Source: a bacterium (GTDB lineage Bacteria; JAAXHH01). Taken from it: DNA of 64,000 bases. The notes beneath the pieces are model-generated. The model had not been told where the DNA came from and did not search any database. It saw nothing but the letters and a program-made list of their open reading frames with translations. The stretch covers positions 2,269,337 to 2,333,336 of the forward strand of contig OY843748.1 of assembly GCA_963693015.1 (NCBI GenBank), read 5' to 3'. Position numbers and translations under genes: made by a program. Position 1 is the first letter of the stretch. Each line of letters opens with the position of its first letter. Shown here piece after piece: positions 51,830 to 61,683 of this stretch.

Positions 51830-51865
51830 CACTGACCGGATGCGCCGCGGATAAGGCGAGGGCAC

Positions 51866-53617
51866 ATGCTCGCACAAAGGAGATCATACCTCCCGCTCTA
51901 TCTGAATGGTCTCGTTGCCCTGTCGTTGACTCCGGCCTGCGGCGACGGTCCGTCCGATCTTCCCGGACGTCCATTCGTAGAGACCATCCCAGCGGAAGAA
52001 GCGGCGGCCAGGCCGCTCCCGGGGGACGCGGCGCCGCCCGAACGCCAGGTGTACCGCTACTTCTCCAACGAACCCTCCAGCCTGGACGTCAGCGTCGCCC
52101 TGTACGAATCCCTGGGCAGCGCGTTCCTCTTCGAACGCCTCTGCATGGTCGACGAAAACGAAGCGCTCATCCCGGGCGCGGCGGACCGGTGGGAGCGTTC
52201 GCCCGACGGAAGGACCTGGACGTTCCACCTCCATCCCGGCGCCCGCTGGAGCGACGGCACGCCCGTCACCGCCCACGACTTCGTATACACGTACAAGCGC
52301 CTGCTCCATCCGGACAGCGGCAACGTGTACGCCTTCTTCTATTACGATATCAAGGGCGCCAGGGCGCACAACCAGCGCATGAACGACGATTCCGACCTGC
52401 TCGGCCTGCGGGCGATCGACGACCTGACCTTCGAAATCGAAACCGAAGAACCCTGTGCCTACCTGCCGTACGTTACCTCGTACACGGCCTCCTCGCCGGT
52501 ACCGCGATGGCAGGTGGAGAAATACGGCAATCGGTGGACGGAAGCCGGGCGGTGCGTGAGCAACTCCGCCTTCCGGCTGGACGAATGGGTCCAGGGCAGG
52601 TACATGACCTTCCGGCTCAATCCTTACTACGAAGGCAACAATCCCGGACGTCTCAGAAAGATCGTCCGCCTCTTCTCGGGTACGGCGGGGACCGGCAGCG
52701 CGTCCGGCGGCGTGGGCCTGCTGCCCTACGAGAACGACGAGGTGGATCTGGTCGGCGTGGGGAGCCCGGCCGACCTCGACCGCATCAGGAACGACCCGGA
52801 CCTGCGCGGCCAGTTGTGGAAGTTCAACGGCGTGTCCACGGCGTACCTGTTTTTCCGGACCCGGGAACCGCCCTTTAACGATATCCGCGTCCGCAGGGCT
52901 ATCGCGAAAGCCATCGACAAGCAGACCATCGCCGCCGTCCTTTTCAAAGGGGCCGTTCGACCGGCCCGCGGCATGCGTCCCCCCAATTTCCCCGGATATG
53001 CCGGCGAACGCCTGAAGCATCTCCAGCAGTTCGATCCGGAAGCCGCCCGCCAGCTGATGGCCGAAGCCGGATTCCCAGGCGGCAGGGGATTCCCTGCCGT
53101 CGATATCTGGCTCCGAGACGCGCCGCCGTCGTCGCAGAGCGGTCAGGCCGCGCAGATGATCCAGGAACAACTGCTCGAAATCCTCGGCATCCGGCTCGAA
53201 ATCCAAAACATGCAGGCGAATGCCTTCAACCGGCTGATGTACGATTGGGAGATACCGATCGGCATGGTAGGCTACGGAGCCGACTTCTCCGACCCGCAGA
53301 GCCTACTCGGCGTTCCCTGGCGGTCGCAGCCCCGGGGATTCACCCGGCACGACTGGAACAACGCGCGCTTCAACGACCTGATCGACCGGGCACGGGGGGA
53401 ATCCGACCGCGGCCGGCGGATGCAGCTATACGAAGAGGCGGAGAGGATACTTACTTCCGACGTCGGCGGAGCGTTTCTGTGGCACGACCACCGGTTCCAG
53501 CTCCGCAAACCCTGGCTCAAGGGGCTGAAACAGGACCGCGCGGGATTCTATCCCTTCTGGGAAAACAACACCGTATACACCGAGATGTACATCGGCAAAG
53601 AGAGACTGGACGATTGA
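51866..53617 (+). CDS. ABC transporter substrate-binding protein, family 5 (peptide/nickel), standalone
   Basis: PG.A..WE.S.DG.TWTFHL...ARWSDGTPVTAHDF. Confidence 0.88.
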   Translation: MLAQRRSYLPLYLNGLVALSLTPACGDGPSDLPGRPFVETIPAEEAAARPLPGDAAPPERQVYRYFSNEPSSLDVSVALYESLGSAFLFERLCMVDENEALIPGAADRWERSPDGRTWTFHLHPGARWSDGTPVTAHDFVYTYKRLLHPDSGNVYAFFYYDIKGARAHNQRMNDDSDLLGLRAIDDLTFEIETEEPCAYLPYVTSYTASSPVPRWQVEKYGNRWTEAGRCVSNSAFRLDEWVQGRYMTFRLNPYYEGNNPGRLRKIVRLFSGTAGTGSASGGVGLLPYENDEVDLVGVGSPADLDRIRNDPDLRGQLWKFNGVSTAYLFFRTREPPFNDIRVRRAIAKAIDKQTIAAVLFKGAVRPARGMRPPNFPGYAGERLKHLQQFDPEAARQLMAEAGFPGGRGFPAVDIWLRDAPPSSQSGQAAQMIQEQLLEILGIRLEIQNMQANAFNRLMYDWEIPIGMVGYGADFSDPQSLLGVPWRSQPRGFTRHDWNNARFNDLIDRARGESDRGRRMQLYEEAERILTSDVGGAFLWHDHRFQLRKPWLKGLKQDRAGFYPFWENNTVYTEMYIGKERLDD

Positions 53618-53630
53618 AAGGATCTGCGGC

Positions 53631-54449
53631 ATGGACGACCCACATCGCATAGACGGGGCCGTAGCGGTCGTGACCGGCGCGGCGCAGGGTCTCGGCCTGG
53701 GTATCGCGGAGCGGCTTGCACGCAACGGCGCGACCGTGGTGATGGCGGATCTGCAGCGCGAGAAGGCCGGGGAGGAGGCCGGGAAACTCCGTGAGTTGGG
53801 ATTGGCGGCATATCCCGGGTACCTGGACGTTTCGGACAGCGCCTCGGTCAGCGTGTGCTTCGACGCGGTGGCCGAAGCCCACGGCAGGCTCGACATCCTG
53901 GTCAACAACGCCGGGGTCGGCCAGAAGGTAACGCCCGTCGTCGAACTGGACGACGGAGAGTGGGACCGGGTGATCCGGGTCACGCTGACCGGGACCTTCT
54001 ACTGTTGCCGGACCGCGGGCGCGATCATGGAACGGCAGGAGTCCGGTTGCATCGTGAACATCTCATCCATCAACGGACAGAATCCGGCGGCCCTGGTGGC
54101 GGCCTACAACGCGGCCAAGGAAGGCGTCATCAGCCTTACGCGTACATTGGCCCTGGAACTCGCGGCGTACGGTGTCCGGGTGAACGCCGTCTGTCCGGGC
54201 CCCGTCTATACTGAGTTCAATCGATCCAACATGGCCCAGCGCAGCAAGGCGCTGGGGCTGACCGAGGAAGAGATGATCGAACGGATTCGGGGCGCTATCC
54301 CGCTGGGCAGGTGGGGCGAGCCGGAGGACGTCGCCAACGGGGTGGCGTTCCTGTGCAGCCCGGCGGCGGGCTGGATCACCGGAGAAGTGCTGCGGGTGAG
54401 CGGCGGCATGGAAGGCGTGGCGGCCGCGCCGGGGAGGCGGGGTGAGTGA
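53631..54449 (+). CDS. SDR family oxidoreductase
   Basis: TGAAQGLG, NNAG, YNAAK, VNAVCPG. Confidence 0.93.
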   Translation: MDDPHRIDGAVAVVTGAAQGLGLGIAERLARNGATVVMADLQREKAGEEAGKLRELGLAAYPGYLDVSDSASVSVCFDAVAEAHGRLDILVNNAGVGQKVTPVVELDDGEWDRVIRVTLTGTFYCCRTAGAIMERQESGCIVNISSINGQNPAALVAAYNAAKEGVISLTRTLALELAAYGVRVNAVCPGPVYTEFNRSNMAQRSKALGLTEEEMIERIRGAIPLGRWGEPEDVANGVAFLCSPAAGWITGEVLRVSGGMEGVAAAPGRRGE

Positions 54450-56456
54450 GATGACCAGTATGACATCGGCAACGTATTTAAACTAATTGCGTTGTCGATA
54501 GTTCTCTTGACCACAGCACGGTTGAAAACGCAGTTAGTTATCGAAAATCCGACTACATCCTCTTTGAGCACTTTACTGAATCACTCGAACGCCTTGTCGC
54601 AGTATATCATTAGCTATCCGTGCACCGGTCTTGTTATGCCCGGCGAAGATAAGGTAGTAAAGTGGTCGACCGCGAGTGTTTTGGATTTCGCGTGCAGCGG
54701 AAACATGACCGAAAACGTGTTTGAGCCTCTTTCGATACCATCTCACAAGGGTATCTCCAGCACGTTGAGTTTTCTGGGTCTGCTTACCGAACAGATTCTG
54801 CTCAGAGCTATACAGTACATCAAACCACTCTTCTGTTCCGAAGTATTGGTTAAGTTTATTCCGTTGCGCGCGGGTGAATACACCACTATTGGGCAGTAAC
54901 CTTTGTATAGCCATTCCTACAGGGAAGTTAACAAACACTTCTATTGCCCCTGTTTTTCCGATTTCAGCTACAGTACTCCAAGGAACTTGCATACCAAAAG
55001 GATCCAAGAAAACGACACCTCGCCAACTACTCCATTTGGTGTCTTTGAGAAGTTTAGTCAGATAATCGTTACAGTCTAGTTTGCGAATATGTATACGTCT
55101 AGACGGTATCTTGTCCTTGTAGCTATCCTTCAGTTCTTGTAACTGATGTAGTCTGTTAGTTTCTATTTCGATGAATACGTAGTCAGTAAATGGGTATTTG
55201 GTATCAAGTGCGACATTTGGAGATCCGCTTATGTACTCTGTCGCACCAGCATCCTCAGCAAGATGATCAGAGATCTTAATAAGTGACTGTTGAGATGAAC
55301 CAGTTGTTTGTTGTCTGCGAATCCTGAGAGTTCCTGGTCCAGCGAATGCATCTATATAGAAATAGCCTTTGAAGTTCTGCTTGCGAAGTATAGTGGTGTA
55401 GGCATTGAGGTATTTACTAAGGCAGTCGAGTTTCTCTTTTGCCCATGGGCCAACTTCCATAGGTTCTCTTGAGTTGTGTTTAGGCGCGCCAGCTGCTTGC
55501 AAAGTAGCCCCTTGTACTTTGTAGTTCTCAACTACAGGGTATTCCTGCCATATCTGCCCGTCTAACATATTGCCACCAGCCTTGGGAGTACGTCCACCCC
55601 ACTGTTTGAAAAAAAACGCCACATGTTGATTCTTGCATTGATCGCGCAATTCCCTCAGCCATTCTGTCTTTACTGGTCTTGCTCTCGGACCGCTTTCACC
55701 ACCGGCTATAACCCAATGAATATCCGTAAGATTTACCGTGCCTAATGCACCAATAAGCGGCTCGAACGACACAAATCGGACCGAAGCGTTAATTTGCTTC
55801 AGTTGGTGAAGTCGTATCATCGCAGATGAGTTTTCGATGGATACTCCAAGCCAGATATGCGGCGGCACAGGCGATTCACTATATCGTTGGCGTACGAAAC
55901 GACGCATTATCGAACTACGTTTGGTAAGCACCTGATACACATGCCAGTTGGCTTGTTCCATCGAGTCAAAAACTTGATGTATATATCCAACTGGGATGTC
56001 TTTATGGAACAGATCGCTCATCGAATTAACAAAAATGAGTTGTGGACGTCGCCAAAGTTTAGGTTGTGCAAGACGATCTGGTCGAAGTGTCAGATCAAAC
56101 CCACTTTCGAATGGATGACCTATAACACCACGAAATCGTTCGGAGAACCGTTCGGCATAGCAGTGATCACAGCCCGAACTAACCTTGGTGCATCCTGTGA
56201 TCGGGTTCCATGTGGTATTCGTCCATTCGATTTGACTGTTGGTCGCCATGAGAAATACCTTCTAAATGGTGTCCATCACATTATTACTTAACAATTGATT
56301 AGTATAATGTCAAGTCTACAATCTACTTAGTTCTAAACGGATATATGAAAGCCATCAGTTTGTTTTGGCTGATTCTAATCTACATACCAAATCTGAGTTA
56401 CAAAATCCGGTACGCAGTAGTTAAAACAGGTTCTTAGCAAATGAGTCCAGACAATC
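54450..56456. other. AT-rich horizontally acquired islet between convergent genes
   Basis: Visible drop in GC and codon GC3 relative to flanks; no mobility gene. Confidence 0.8.
54573..56249 (-). CDS. Fused DUF5131 (three-Cys, radical-SAM-like) - TcmP (three-Cys-motif partner, SAM methyltransferase-like)
   Basis: N-half IEWT..TWNPITGCTKVSSGCDHCYA (CX6CX2C), IFVNSMSDLFH, GGESG, FFKQWGG; C-half GPWAKEKL, YIDAFAGPG, FLDPFG; no stop between. Confidence 0.85.
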   Translation of the reverse strand: MATNSQIEWTNTTWNPITGCTKVSSGCDHCYAERFSERFRGVIGHPFESGFDLTLRPDRLAQPKLWRRPQLIFVNSMSDLFHKDIPVGYIHQVFDSMEQANWHVYQVLTKRSSIMRRFVRQRYSESPVPPHIWLGVSIENSSAMIRLHQLKQINASVRFVSFEPLIGALGTVNLTDIHWVIAGGESGPRARPVKTEWLRELRDQCKNQHVAFFFKQWGGRTPKAGGNMLDGQIWQEYPVVENYKVQGATLQAAGAPKHNSREPMEVGPWAKEKLDCLSKYLNAYTTILRKQNFKGYFYIDAFAGPGTLRIRRQQTTGSSQQSLIKISDHLAEDAGATEYISGSPNVALDTKYPFTDYVFIEIETNRLHQLQELKDSYKDKIPSRRIHIRKLDCNDYLTKLLKDTKWSSWRGVVFLDPFGMQVPWSTVAEIGKTGAIEVFVNFPVGMAIQRLLPNSGVFTRAQRNKLNQYFGTEEWFDVLYSSEQNLFGKQTQKTQRAGDTLVRWYRKRLKHVFGHVSAAREIQNTRGRPLYYLIFAGHNKTGARIANDILRQGVRVIQ

Positions 56457-57956
56457 TCACACCCCCGCCATCATCCGCATCACCGCGCCCTGGTCCGCTT
56501 CTTCGCGGGAGAGTTCACCGGCCACACGACCCGCCCGCAGCACCATGATGCGCGTCGACAGATTGAGCACCTCGGGTAGCTCGCTCGACACGAGCACGAT
56601 GGCCGTGCCTTCATGGGCCAGCCGGTCGATCAGGGCGTGTATCTCCGACTTCGCGCCCACGTCCACGCCCCGGGTGGGCTCGTCGATCAGGAGGACCGGA
56701 CACCGCGCGGCCAGCCACTTGGCCAGGACCACTTTCTGCTGATTGCCGCCCGACAGGCCCGCCGTGTCGTACCGGATGTCGTCCGGCCGCACCGACAGCC
56801 GCTTCACGTATTCCCGGGCCAGGTCTTCTTCCCGGCTGCCGCGGATCCACCCGAAGCCGGACCGGTGCGCCAGGGTGGGAAGACCAATGTTCTGGTCCAC
56901 GCGTAGAGACAGGACGAGACCGAACCGCTTCCGGTCTTCGGGCACGAGCCCGATGCCCCTTCGCATGGCGTCGATAGGACGTCGGATGCTCACCGGCCGT
57001 CCCGCGACTCGTATCCGTCCCGTGACCATGGGGTCCAGGCCGAACAGGGCCTGCAGCACTTCGGTCCGTCCGGCGCCCACCAGGCCGGCCAGGGCCAGGA
57101 CCTCCCCGGACCGGACGGAAAAAGACACGCCATCGAACTTGCCCGGACTCGAAAGCCCGTCCGCGGCCAGCATCTCCGCGCCGGGTCCGGTCTCCACGTG
57201 GGAAGGGAAGTACGCTTCGAAGGTGCGCCCGATCATCAGGTTGATCAGCGTGGGCCGGTCCAGTTCGGCCACCGGCCGGGTCGCCACGTGCCGGCCGTCG
57301 CGAAGCACCGTCACGACGTCGCACAGGCGGAAGATCTCGTCCAGGTCGTGGGAGATGTAGATCGACGTCACGCCCTTCGCCCTGAGATCCCGGATATTTT
57401 CCCGCAGCCGTTCGGCTTCCACGTGCGAAAGACTGCTGGTCGGTTCGTCGAAGACGATCACGCGGGCACCGCTGCCCAGGGCGGCGGCGATCTGGACGAG
57501 TTGCTGCTGGGCGACGGGCAGATCGCCGATAGGCGTTGCCACGTCCATCTCTGCGTCTACTGCCTCCAGCATCTTCCGGGCCCGGTCTTCCATCTTCCGG
57601 TCGGAGACGAACACGCCCCGGGCGGGCAGGTCGCCCAGGCAGAGATTCTCGGCGACGGACAGGTTCTCGCAGAAAACGAGTTCCTGGTGGACCATGCCGA
57701 TGCCCATGTCCAGGGCGTCGCCCGGCTCGATCATCTGCACGGGTCGGCCGTCGATACGAATCTGGCCGCCGTCGAGGTCGTAGATACCGGTCAGGATCCG
57801 TCCCAGCGTACTCTTGCCCGCGCCGTTTTCGCCGACCACGGCGTGGCAGGTACCCGCTTCTATGGCGAAGGTCACGTCATCGAGGGCCGTCACGCCCGGA
57901 AACCGCTTGGTGATGCGGTCGAATTCGATGTACGGGTTCGGCGGGTTGCGGTCCAT
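56457..57956 (-). CDS. Sugar ABC transporter ATP-binding protein (RbsA-like, two NBDs)
   Basis: GENGAGKST, FDEPTSSL, LSGGNQQK, IDEPTRGVDVGAK. Confidence 0.95.
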   Translation of the reverse strand: MDRNPPNPYIEFDRITKRFPGVTALDDVTFAIEAGTCHAVVGENGAGKSTLGRILTGIYDLDGGQIRIDGRPVQMIEPGDALDMGIGMVHQELVFCENLSVAENLCLGDLPARGVFVSDRKMEDRARKMLEAVDAEMDVATPIGDLPVAQQQLVQIAAALGSGARVIVFDEPTSSLSHVEAERLRENIRDLRAKGVTSIYISHDLDEIFRLCDVVTVLRDGRHVATRPVAELDRPTLINLMIGRTFEAYFPSHVETGPGAEMLAADGLSSPGKFDGVSFSVRSGEVLALAGLVGAGRTEVLQALFGLDPMVTGRIRVAGRPVSIRRPIDAMRRGIGLVPEDRKRFGLVLSLRVDQNIGLPTLAHRSGFGWIRGSREEDLAREYVKRLSVRPDDIRYDTAGLSGGNQQKVVLAKWLAARCPVLLIDEPTRGVDVGAKSEIHALIDRLAHEGTAIVLVSSELPEVLNLSTRIMVLRAGRVAGELSREEADQGAVMRMMAGV

Positions 57957-58015
57957 GGTGTTACCGGGGAAGCGTTACCGGGGAAACGATGCGGGATCCG
58001 GCGCATGCATCAAGA

Positions 58016-59077
58016 TCACTCGCCTGAAGCTGGCGGATCCTCCGGATTCTCCATCTCCAGGTCCAGGTACCGCTGGGGCACGTCCGTGAATCCCCATCCC
58101 TGGAGCATCTTCGCCCATTCGCCCAGGTTTTCCTGGGACACGTGGACCAGTTCGAGGGGATTGATGACGGGGACGTCCTGCTTCAGGTGGATCTTCTCGA
58201 CGATCAGGCGCACGGACTCGTACCCCCACAGGTAGGTGGGCTGGCCCCAGAGCACGGGCACGATGCCCTGCTCTATGTAGGTCAGCTGGGGCGGCAGCGC
58301 GTCGACGGAGATGATCTTCATGCGATCGGGGTCCAGGTCGGTCAGCAGGGACTGGGTGAACAGCGCCCACCCGCCCACCATGGCCCATCCGTCGATATCC
58401 GGGTAGGCGTTGTTTACCCGCACCACTTCGGCGGCGGCGTCCTGGGGGGTCTCGATGTGGTAGAAAGTCCCCACGATGGAGATCTCCGGGTACTCCGCGG
58501 CCTTCTGCAGGACGCCTTCCACCCGCTTGCGCAGGTTCGGCGCGTTCTGGTTGCCCGCGAGGATGGCCACGCGGCCTTTGCCGTCCATCGCCTTGGCCAG
58601 TTCTCCCATGATCAGTCCGCCGGTCTTGATGTCGTCCACTCCGAAGAAGGCGAACCGCCGGGAATCGGGGGCATCGCTGTCAAAGGTCATGACCGGCACG
58701 CCCCGGTCCACCGCGTCATTGATGGCGCCCGTGACCTTGGCGGCGTCCGAACAGGAGATTAGGACCACGTCGGCCCCTTCGTTCACGGCCTGCGCGATAC
58801 GCTGCGCCTGGACCTGGCCGTCCTCCGTCGGCGGCGTGCGCCAGTCGATCACGATGTCGACGCCGTGCTCCTCCGACAACGCCCTGGCCGCGGCCTCCGC
58901 CCCGGTCCGGGAGGAGAGGAACACGGGGTTGGTCGTGCTCTTGGCGATCATGGAGATCACGAGCCGGTTGTCGTCGGGGGGCGCGGTCCCGCCGCAACCC
59001 GTTCCGATAACGAACATGCCCGCGATCAAAACAAGCCGTGTCTGCATACTCCTCATCAGGCGTATCATCGATCTCAT
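58016..59077 (-). CDS. Sugar ABC transporter substrate-binding lipoprotein (RbsB-like)
   Basis: Lipobox GTGC; KSTTNPVF, VMTFDSD, GVDD. Confidence 0.88.
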   Translation of the reverse strand: MRSMIRLMRSMQTRLVLIAGMFVIGTGCGGTAPPDDNRLVISMIAKSTTNPVFLSSRTGAEAAARALSEEHGVDIVIDWRTPPTEDGQVQAQRIAQAVNEGADVVLISCSDAAKVTGAINDAVDRGVPVMTFDSDAPDSRRFAFFGVDDIKTGGLIMGELAKAMDGKGRVAILAGNQNAPNLRKRVEGVLQKAAEYPEISIVGTFYHIETPQDAAAEVVRVNNAYPDIDGWAMVGGWALFTQSLLTDLDPDRMKIISVDALPPQLTYIEQGIVPVLWGQPTYLWGYESVRLIVEKIHLKQDVPVINPLELVHVSQENLGEWAKMLQGWGFTDVPQRYLDLEMENPEDPPASGE

Positions 59078-59134
59078 TCCTTTCTGCGCAGGGCGAATGC
59101 TTCAGGGACCTCTCTCGCTCGCTTCAGGCTGACT

Positions 59135-59243
59135 CGTCCAGCCCGTGCCTATCCCGCTCCGTCCAGCCCGTGCCTATCTCGCTCCGTCCAGCCCGTGCCT
59201 ATCCCGCTCCGTCCAGCCCGTGCCTATCCCGCTCCGGCCAGCC
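59135..59243. repeat. 25-bp x4 tandem repeat (VNTR) built from the permease stop-codon region
   Basis: cgtccagcccgtgcctatcccgctc at 59135, 59160, 59185, 59210, partial 59235; no spacers. Confidence 0.92.
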
Positions 59244-60273
59244 TGCGCGCCGTGAGCCGGCGGTTCACCTGGTCGAGAACCACCGCGATGATGATCGCGC
59301 AGCCGATCACGACCCACTCGTAGTTCTGGTCCAGGTGCAGGGTGCGGATGGACTGGCGGATCAGGACGATCAGCATGGCGCCGAGCATGGCGTTGACCGC
59401 GCTTCCCCGGCCGCCGCGAAGGCTTGCGCCTCCGACGACCGCGGAGGCGATCACGTAAAGTTCGTATCCCGTGGCGTCGGCGCAGGAAGCCGAACCGTAG
59501 TAGCTGCTGCCCACCAGCGCGGCGATGCCCGCGGTAAGCCCCGAAACCACGTATACGCCGACCAGAATGCGGTCGATCCGCAGTCCCGCGTAGCGTCCGG
59601 CTTCCACGTTGCCGCCCACGGCGAAAATATGGCGGCCCATGACGGTCCTGGACAGGTATACGGCGCCAGCGGCCGTGATGGCGAGCATGATGATCATGGG
59701 CATGGGATAGAGGGCGTCTGAACCGAAGGACAGCTTGACCGCGTCGGTCAGGGACTGCGGCACGAGGATGCTTTCCGCCTCGCTGGCCACGAAGGCGATG
59801 CCCCGGAACACCCACATCGTGCCGAGCGTGACGATGAAGGGGTGCACGCGGAGTCCGACCACCATGATACCGTTCAACAGGCCGCACAGCACGCCCAGGC
59901 TGACGCACGTCACGACGGCCAGCGCGACCACCGCGAAGGGACCGTCCGGCGCCACGGACCGCAAAACCATGGCGGTCATGACGCCGGACAGGGCGTAGAT
60001 CGAACCGACCGACAGGTCGATCCCGCCGGAAATGATCACCATGGTCGCCCCGACCGCCATGATCACGAAGAAACTGGCGTCGGTGGCCGTCTGCATCAGG
60101 GTACGGGAATTCAGGAAATTGTTGACGAGTTCGCCCGTGGAGCGATCTGCGTGATACCCCGCGAAGACGGAGAGTACCGTACCGAGCAGCAGGATGACGA
60201 GGATCAGTCCCGTCTGCTGGGAGCCGAGCAGGATGCGTAGTATGGGCAGTGTCGGTGTTTCGGGCGTTTGCAT
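59224..60273 (-). CDS. Sugar ABC transporter permease (RbsC-like)
   Basis: ISGGIDLSVG, PFIVTLG, GR.IFAVGGN.EA...AG, IASAVVGGASL.GG.G. Confidence 0.93.
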   Translation of the reverse strand: MQTPETPTLPILRILLGSQQTGLILVILLLGTVLSVFAGYHADRSTGELVNNFLNSRTLMQTATDASFFVIMAVGATMVIISGGIDLSVGSIYALSGVMTAMVLRSVAPDGPFAVVALAVVTCVSLGVLCGLLNGIMVVGLRVHPFIVTLGTMWVFRGIAFVASEAESILVPQSLTDAVKLSFGSDALYPMPMIIMLAITAAGAVYLSRTVMGRHIFAVGGNVEAGRYAGLRIDRILVGVYVVSGLTAGIAALVGSSYYGSASCADATGYELYVIASAVVGGASLRGGRGSAVNAMLGAMLIVLIRQSIRTLHLDQNYEWVVIGCAIIIAVVLDQVNRRLTARRLAGAG

Positions 60274-60389
60274 GGTATTCGCTGGTGGACCGGGTGTCCT
60301 GAAATAGTAGGGGAGTGCAGGTCTAAATCAAGGGAAACGTGAAGTCCGGAGGACCGGCCGGTCGGCGGAAACACGTGCGGACCGTCGGC

Positions 60390-60427
60390 AAAGAAAACCC
60401 CGACATGCGTCAGCGGCATGCCGGGGT
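60390..60427 (-). terminator. Intrinsic terminator
   Basis: Minus strand accccggcatgc-cgctgac-gcatgtcggggt followed by tttcttt. Confidence 0.75.
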
Positions 60428-60465
60428 CAGTTGAAACCGGTAATCCTGCACGCGGCGACGTCGCG

Positions 60466-60804
60466 TCAGGAAGCTTTCTTCTCCGCGCGTTCCGCATCCT
60501 CGCGGCGCAGTTCTTCCTCCCACTCTTCTATGTTCCCCTGCAACGCCTTGATGCGGTCCAGGATGCCGGCCACCTCCGTGTCTCCCGAAACATCGGTGAT
60601 TCCGTCCTCGACCACCATCTGGTGTACGCGCCCGCCCAGTTCGGTCAACTGGTTGCGGATATCGGCGCGGGCCGACTGGATCTCCAGCTTGATGCGTCCT
60701 TTCCGCGTGAGATCTTCCGCCATGTCCAGGGCGCCGGACAGGCTTTTTCGCACGGTTTCGAACGGACCGTCCAATTCCGACTTGATCGTTTGCCAGAGGT
60801 TCAT
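60466..60804 (-). CDS. Hypothetical coiled-coil protein
   Basis: AAAGGAG RBS; helical KGRIKLEIQ...ELGGRVH pattern. Confidence 0.7.
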   Translation of the reverse strand: MNLWQTIKSELDGPFETVRKSLSGALDMAEDLTRKGRIKLEIQSARADIRNQLTELGGRVHQMVVEDGITDVSGDTEVAGILDRIKALQGNIEEWEEELRREDAERAEKKAS

Positions 60805-60828
60805 GAGGGTACTCCTTTTATCTGGATC

Positions 60829-60917
60829 CTTCGTGGATCTTCGAGCTGCGGTTCGCCGGACGACAAGGTCTCTTCGTGGATCTTCGAGCTGCGGTTCGCC
60901 GGACGATAAGGTCTCTT
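60829..60917. repeat. Two-copy 43-bp intergenic tandem duplication
   Basis: cttcgtggatcttcgagctgcggttcgccggacga(c/t)aaggtct at 60829 and 60872. Confidence 0.92.
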
Positions 60918-60977
60918 ACCGGTTTAGACGCCTGTTTCGCCTTCCGGGTTTCAGTATACCGCCCCGGCGTCCCCGCG

Positions 60978-61667
60978 TCAACGATAGAGCGCGTAGGCGA
61001 TGATGTTGATGCCCATTCTCAAGGCGGTCTCTCGTTTCGCCGCCGGGTCGTTGTGGGTCTTTTCGTCGGCCCAGCCATCGCTGACGTTGCTTTCGTACGT
61101 GTAATACACGACCAGGCGTCCGTCGTGGAAGAGTCCGAACCCCTGGGGCGGCTTGCCGTCGTGCTCGTGATGTTTGGGCGGGCCGGCCGGGAAATCGTAG
61201 ATGATGTGGTAGATCGGGTGGGTGAAGGGGAGTTCGACGAATTCCTGGTCGGGGAAGACCTTTTTCATTTCCCTTCGGAATGCCTTGTCCATGCCGTAGT
61301 CGTCATCGGCGTAGAGGAAACCGCCGCGTGTCAGGTACGTACGGAGGTTCCGGGCTTCCGAATCGGTCCACCTCACCTCTCCGTGGCCGGTCATGAAGAG
61401 TATGGGCGAAGAGAACAGCAGGTCGTCGTTCAGGGTGACGACGCGCTGCTCCAGGTTCGTCTCGATGCCCGCGCGCAGTTGCAGTTCCCGGGCCAGGTTC
61501 GGAATCGCCTCGGGGTCGTTGTACCAGTCGCCCCCGCCGTCGTACTTCATCCGCGCAATGGTCAGCCTGCCGTTTTCGCTCTCGGCAGCCAGCCCCTCGG
61601 AATGGGTCCACCCGGAGGAGAGGCCGAAGAGCACGAGGGCGGCCAGGCCCCTGCGAAGGGAGGTCAT
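60978..61667 (-). CDS. DUF4159 domain protein
   Basis: Signal peptide; ARMKYDGGGDWY.DP, LFMTGHG, GGFLYADDDYG, KHHEHDG; ATG 61667. Confidence 0.85.
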   Translation of the reverse strand: MTSLRRGLAALVLFGLSSGWTHSEGLAAESENGRLTIARMKYDGGGDWYNDPEAIPNLARELQLRAGIETNLEQRVVTLNDDLLFSSPILFMTGHGEVRWTDSEARNLRTYLTRGGFLYADDDYGMDKAFRREMKKVFPDQEFVELPFTHPIYHIIYDFPAGPPKHHEHDGKPPQGFGLFHDGRLVVYYTYESNVSDGWADEKTHNDPAAKRETALRMGINIIAYALYR

Positions 61668-61683
61668 TGCGCGTAACTCCGGA

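Noticed and set aside
51836-51860. E. coli REP-like words (ccggatgcg...ggataaggcg)
   Set aside because: Single copy, not palindromic, no REP clusters elsewhere in the window
54492-54899. Plus-strand 135-aa ORF in the islet
   Set aside because: Mostly antisense to TcmP, no RBS, no recognisable motif
47961-56456. tRNA-Pro-anchored integrative element
   Set aside because: No integrase and no duplicated tRNA 3' end found; downstream genes have host-like GC except the distant islet
59135-59243. Possible CRISPR array
   Set aside because: Units are directly adjacent with no unique spacers, overlap a stop codon, and no cas genes are in the window
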